From Phoronis australis (lineage: Eukaryota > Animalia > Phoronida), in the NCBI GenBank assembly GCA_002633005.1, contig NMRA01000261.1, forward strand, positions 62,001 through 126,000: DNA of 64,000 nt. Reading direction: 5' to 3'. A program made the position numbers and the translations under genes. Below, one piece after another: positions 59,201-64,000 of the stretch (positions are counted from its first letter, which is position 1; each line of letters starts with the position of its first letter). The notes under the pieces were generated by a model. That model was not told the DNA's origin and made no database searches. It worked only from the letters and a program-made list of their open reading frames with translations.

Positions 59201-62200
59201 CGTCAAAATGCTCATTTTCAAGGTATTCAAACATTGTTGTGAATGTCCAAAATCTTTTCTTATGGTAACTATGCAAGAGAACTTTACTGTCTTGAACATG
59301 GTAAAGTGTTACTTGGATACTACATATCTGTTAATGATAAAATGAGAAAAGAAAAACTTCACTTGTTAGCCATAGTTTGTCCTAACTCAGTGGTGAGATT
59401 TACTGTGCCAACATCATTACCAAATTGTGGAAAAATCAACCCATAATAGCACTCGTGGCCAATCGGATATGTGTCTTGCAGACAATGACCGTGTTATTTG
59501 ATAATTCTTTGTAACACGACTTTTGCTCACGAACAACATTGTTGACACCATACACAAGATTAGTGTAGACAAACCTAATGGTCAAATCATCGTGTTCTCT
59601 TGCCAAGTAGCTGTGCAAAACAACATATAAGTTACACGGAAACATTTGTCTGGCTTGGTCTTGAAATCTCTGCAAAGAAAATTTGGCATCAATTTAAAAT
59701 ATGTACAAAGCTGATATAGCTTTTAAACCATGGAGTTCAGAAGAATGTAATCAAAAGTTTACGAGTTTTCAGCTGTAAAGGCGAAGACAACCTTTTTTCA
59801 TGTCATTTTTAGCAAAAATAAAGTTCGTTGATTATCCCAGACATATTTTTCACTTATTTACTGCTTTTCGTAATTTAATTAATTACTCGTCGTCTACTCC
59901 GGAAGTGACGTTTTGGGAGGCAAGAATTTCGTGCCAATTTCTTTTCATATAGTCTGACTGTGAGAGCAGTCGAGTCAGTCATTGTTCTACCTCGGTTGTG
60001 ATAAGTTCAGTTGTCGTTTGCTTTTGCTTACGAGTCAGTCAACATGCCACGCTGTTGCTGCGTACTGGGGTGTACTCATTATCGTCTCACGTACAGAGGA
60101 AGAACTGTCCCACTTGCCCGAGTGTCCCACGACACACTCCAAATGGACGGTGATCTGAGCACCCAAACTGCTTACATCCCGCCTTGTGATTCCCTCGCCA
60201 CACACCTGGCACCTTCTAAATAGCTCCAATACGAGTCCACGACAAACTTATCAAACTTAGGTTCACCGATCCGTTCATTGGATGACGAACTGTCCTCTTC
60301 ACTGGGTGTCGAACTGGGGCTGTATTCACCAACTCCCACTACTCAACATCGCTGCAGGGCTGCTTACAGACTCTGGGCTAGAGACAATAGCACAGGGCAA
60401 ATCACTGCTAGTTCCCGGAATTGCACGCAATGGGGTACGTTCGGAGGCACGGGTGACCGTAGATGAAGTGCCTCCAGCCACTGTATAGATAGGCCACAGC
60501 TTGCGAGGCTTCTCACTTCAAAAACGCACTTCTCGGGGTTGGCGACGGGGCACTGCCGGGAATCAACAGCGACGGTATGGTACCCTTCTTCAGGCGTTGT
60601 TTCGCAGGGACCTTCATCAATTCAGCGTACATATCTTTTGTCGTAATCTGACGGCAGAAAATGCTTGCCACCCTCGGTAACCCTCCACTGCTTTGTACGT
60701 TGCGTGGACGGGTAGCACTGCGTTCTTCACATGAACGAGCTAGCCAAGTACGGCGAAGTGTGTCATCCCTCGGAAAAGCGACGCAAGGTACCCAAAGCGC
60801 GTGTGAGACGATAATAAGTACATCCCGGCACGCAGCAACAGCGTGGCATGTTGACTGACTTGTAAACAAAAGCAAATGACGACCGAACTTATCACAACCG
60901 AGGTTGAACAATGACTGACTCAACAGCTCTCATAGTCAGACTATAATGAAAAGAAATTGGCGCGAAACTCTTGCCTTCCAAAACGTCACTTCCGCAGTAG
61001 AGGACGAGAAACTAATCAAATTACGAAAAGCTGTAATTAAGTGAAAAATGGGTCTGGGATAATCAACGAACCTTATTTTTGCTAAAAGTGTGAAAAAAGG
61101 TTGCCTTCGCCTTTAAAATGTTTTGAAGAGTTACCAGTATGGGTATAAGTAAGTTCTCAAATACCAGATATGGGTTCATGACCTCAGGGACGAGTGTGAT
61201 GATTGGCACATAGACGGTGACCCCGCCTTCTGTCCAAGAAGTCAGCTTTTGATTTAGATGGCAGTTATAAAACTGGTCTCAACTTGTCCCTTATTCAGAT
61301 GAGTAGTGATATCTGAGCTTGCACAGAGCTGACAATTCGTTATTCATCGAGACATGCCTAGCACATAACATGATACACTTTCACAAGTCAACTTGTCGCA
61401 CCTGAAATGTTCTCTAAAAGTCCTGAAAATGTCTCCAAATTGACTCAGGATCAATTAGAGGCCAACTTTGTAATTGTAAGGAAAAACTAAATCAAATTTT
61501 TTTTTCTGATATAAGGGGAGTTTACAGCTGTTTTAAATGGCTAATCACCCTGCATACATTCATGGTCAGTACAGTATGGGTGGGTATACGTTCATCAGGC
61601 CAGTACAGTGGGGGTGGGCATGTATATACGTTCATGACCAGTGAAGTATGGGTGGACATATGTTCATGGCCAGTCTAGTATATGGGTGAACATACGTTCA
61701 TGGCCAGTACAGTATGGATCGCCATGCGTTCATGGCCAGAACAGTATGGGTGGCACAAGAAAGATTAACCAAGGTATGTTCTGTCACTCACGGTCATGGG
61801 GGATGGTGACCTTCTCCGTCCAAACTCATCCAGGTTGGAATTAGATCGTAACATCTGCTGCTTCCTCCTTTCTGATGTGTTTGGTTGAGCTATAGAACAA
61901 CAGACAGTTAACAGTATGCACACTGTGACAGAATAATGCTGGCTTAGCGGAAACATTCACCTAGTCAACTGTGAAGATGTGACACTTGAAAAGGTCAAGC
62001 ATCACAGACAATTGGTGCACACAACTTCTTGCAAGGCCAGGACTGCAGTGTCTACATTTTTCAAATAAATGTTCGTGCAAAAGCGACGAGCAGGGGAATA
62101 CCTTTTTAAAGTGCAATTATTTTTAATACAAGTGCATGGGACAAGATACATGCATTTACAGTAGAGTGCAACACTATCATAGCCATGATATGTCTAGACA

Positions 62201-63783
62201 AGTGGCAACACAAGGTTTATGGCCAAGACTGGTTGTAAGCTTAACTCAGCTAAAGTGGAGATAGTCTGCTATTAGCATTTCTAAGGCTGCAGGAAATGTT
62301 GATGGAATGCTCAATGAATGTTAACTTACATGTTACCAAGTTAGAGATACTGATAAAAATATTCCTAATTTAGCCTTATTTTTTGTCTTCATTAGCCTTA
62401 CAAGTATAGCAAACCTTTCAGTGTCAGCTGGGTCGTTTGTGACCACCAGCCACCTACCCAAACCATGTATAAGACCATACCCACCCTAGCCGCTCTTGGA
62501 TGAAAGTATATTGTAGTAGTTCCACTGGGTTTTAACATTTAGAAGCCTGGCAAATAATTTGCATCTCTGTCGTGATCAGGGCCATTAAAGAGCTAGGCCA
62601 ACTCAACAATGAAGAAAGATCTGGTGGGATTTTGAGTGTAGCTTCTGTCTGAGATGACCACTGAACAACACCGTACTATGTAGTGAGCAACCACTGAATG
62701 AAGACAGGATAGAGGTTCAATTAGAGTTACTCAACTGTTAAGTAAGACATGTTCTTAACAACCTGTGTAATTGTGACTGGGACATATGATCCCTGAAGAA
62801 GGCGGGAAAGATCTTGTAGGTACATGTACATTGTTCTGTGTATTCTGGGGATCTCCTTCAGAGACAAAGATTGTCTTTCTTAACAACTCGCGTTTTGGTC
62901 GAGATAGACCGACCCGAAAAACCTCGCCTCATTTTCGGGTCGGTGGAAATTCCTGAGAAAACCACAAACCTTTGTTTGGCTGGTAAAATGCGATTTCACG
63001 CCTATACACATTATCTTAGAGCGTTAAGTTCCATTGCCAAACCAGGCGTAATTACCATGTTAATTGACCCTACAGCCAGAATGGGTCATAAACTATTGAA
63101 ATCGCTGCTAAAAGCGTGCTATGATTATAGTCCCTGTAACCCCTGAGATTGTATCATGAACATTTTGTGTTATGCTGCATGGAGCTGCTGGTTATTCAAA
63201 GCTGAATTTGATACCGCTTAATTAGGGAGACTTTGATTGGCAAACAACACGCTTAGCCCAATACATGCATTGAATTCTGACCTAGTTTCTCATACATGCA
63301 CCATTCACAGCAGTGTGTGATTGGAGCATGAGGAGTCATGAGGCATTTAAAGGTTACAGAACCCCAGTTTAGTAATTTCATAGATAACTAGTCTTTCTTA
63401 CTTAGTCAATAAGTTCAAATGTTTCACTGAGTTTGTCAGTCTCTCCAATTAAACATTAATTGAAGTGACGAGTTTTCAAATTTGCTCCAAACTTTGGAGA
63501 GTTGACAAGAGTAACAGTTAGAGCATTATTTAAGTGATCTAGTTGAAATAAATACCTGTTGATAGACTAAAACGTGCAGGGTTTATTAAAATCATTTTAA
63601 CATTGTGACTACCTGCTTGTTCAGACTGAGGGAAACTAACAACAGAACACGAGGATGACACACGCTTGAGTGACTCATCAACAGATGTGGGTGTATCCGC
63701 AATATCAACAGACAAACTCTTCATGCGCAAGTTAGCTCGACGCTCTCTAATGCTGGTGGGTGTACAACTAGTCGTGCAGTCAG
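56181..63783 (-). CDS. STAC: STAC-like (SH3 and cysteine-rich domain) adaptor protein, last five coding exons; 5' part lies beyond the window
   Basis: Spliced frame reads ...NLRMKSLSVD...NLYVVLHSYLAREHDDLTIRAGWRVKAIDTSDPDWWKGRCNGKVGYFPAKCVQSVHPGQKVFQV...IKLSRDQIVVQ...PAKYLVEV*: a canonical SH3 followed by the atypical second SH3 of the STAC family. The C1 domain is not in the window. Confidence 0.85.
58718..58907 (-). CDS. STAC: STAC-like exon (SH3 core)
   Basis: AGWRVKAIDTSDPDWWKGRCNGKVGYFPAKCVQSVHPGQKVFQVMSGLELCEGDTHIKLSRDQ. Confidence 0.92.
59575..59669 (-). CDS. STAC: STAC-like exon (SH3 start)
   Basis: RFQDQARQMFPCNLYVVLHSYLAREHDDLTI. Confidence 0.88.
59779..61112 (-). mobile_element. 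Kolobok-type foldback element with ~310-bp inverted arms and a THAP-transposase 5' remnant
   Basis: gtaa|AGGCGAAGACAACC ... GGTTGCCTTCGCCT|ttaa; frameshifted MPRCCCVPGC / FPRDDTLRRTWL / KHFLPSDY / RLKKGTIPSL, plus ELFRRCQVCG...ECVVGHSGKWDSS. Confidence 0.85.
61263..61475. mobile_element. Small MITE; related ends at ~5075 and ~24980
   Basis: gttataaaactggtctcaac pairs with tagaggccaactttgtaat; ctgttatgaaattggtctcaaa recurs elsewhere in the window. Confidence 0.5.
61553..61755. repeat. Minisatellite ~31-40 bp x6
   Basis: tacgttcatggccagtacagtatgggtgg-like units. Confidence 0.85.
61792..61889 (-). CDS. STAC: STAC-like exon
   Basis: QPNTSERRKQQMLRSNSNLDEFGRRRSPSPMT|gtgagt. Confidence 0.8.
63613..63783 (-). 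CDS. STAC: STAC-like exon
   Basis: DCTTSCTPTSIRERRANLRMKSLSVDIADTP...QSEQA; possible same-phase alternative donor at 63556. Confidence 0.78.
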
Positions 63784-64000
63784 CTACAATACAATATATT
63801 GTGTTAATCATTGGACAGTACGTATGTGATTAGCAGAACACAGACATGCAAGCCCTGCCTCATTCCTTAAGGTTTTCCAAGGGGACAAAAGGCTTCAGTG
63901 CTCAGGACAGTGATCACATCGCAATCCTATTCAGTGCCAAAACAAGGTGTAGAGATCGCCACTGCACTTATTCTACATATAAAAGACTACTTTAGTCTAA

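Noticed and set aside
62838-63146. 102-aa plus-strand ORF with a ccgacccgaaaa/ttttcgggtcgg hairpin
   Set aside because: No recognisable domain and antisense within a STAC intron; likely a repeat fragment.

Overview
AT-rich, intron-rich animal genomic DNA (invertebrate; lophotrochozoan-like by inference). The window holds a nearly complete CABIN1 gene on the + strand: 40 GT-AG coding exons traced from 15110 to 52733, with phases closing to about 2320 aa; the ATG exon was not pinned down. The last five exons of a convergent STAC-like tandem-SH3 gene lie on the - strand (63783 to 56181), and a divergent - strand gene may start near 9.9 kb. Transposon remnants include a hAT element, two Kolobok-type TTAA elements with THAP remnants, two Helentron-type HINEs, a Penelope GIY-YIG fragment and several MITEs/hairpins. 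The most striking unexplained pattern is that about 11 of the 40 CABIN1 exons carry tandem duplications straddling an exon-intron junction, stacking decoy splice sites in the introns; these range from perfect to heavily decayed copies. The predicted CABIN1 also ends in a DAXX-like SUMO-interacting motif rather than a clear vertebrate calcineurin/MEF2-binding tail. Protein-family assignments are from recalled motifs; no searches were run.
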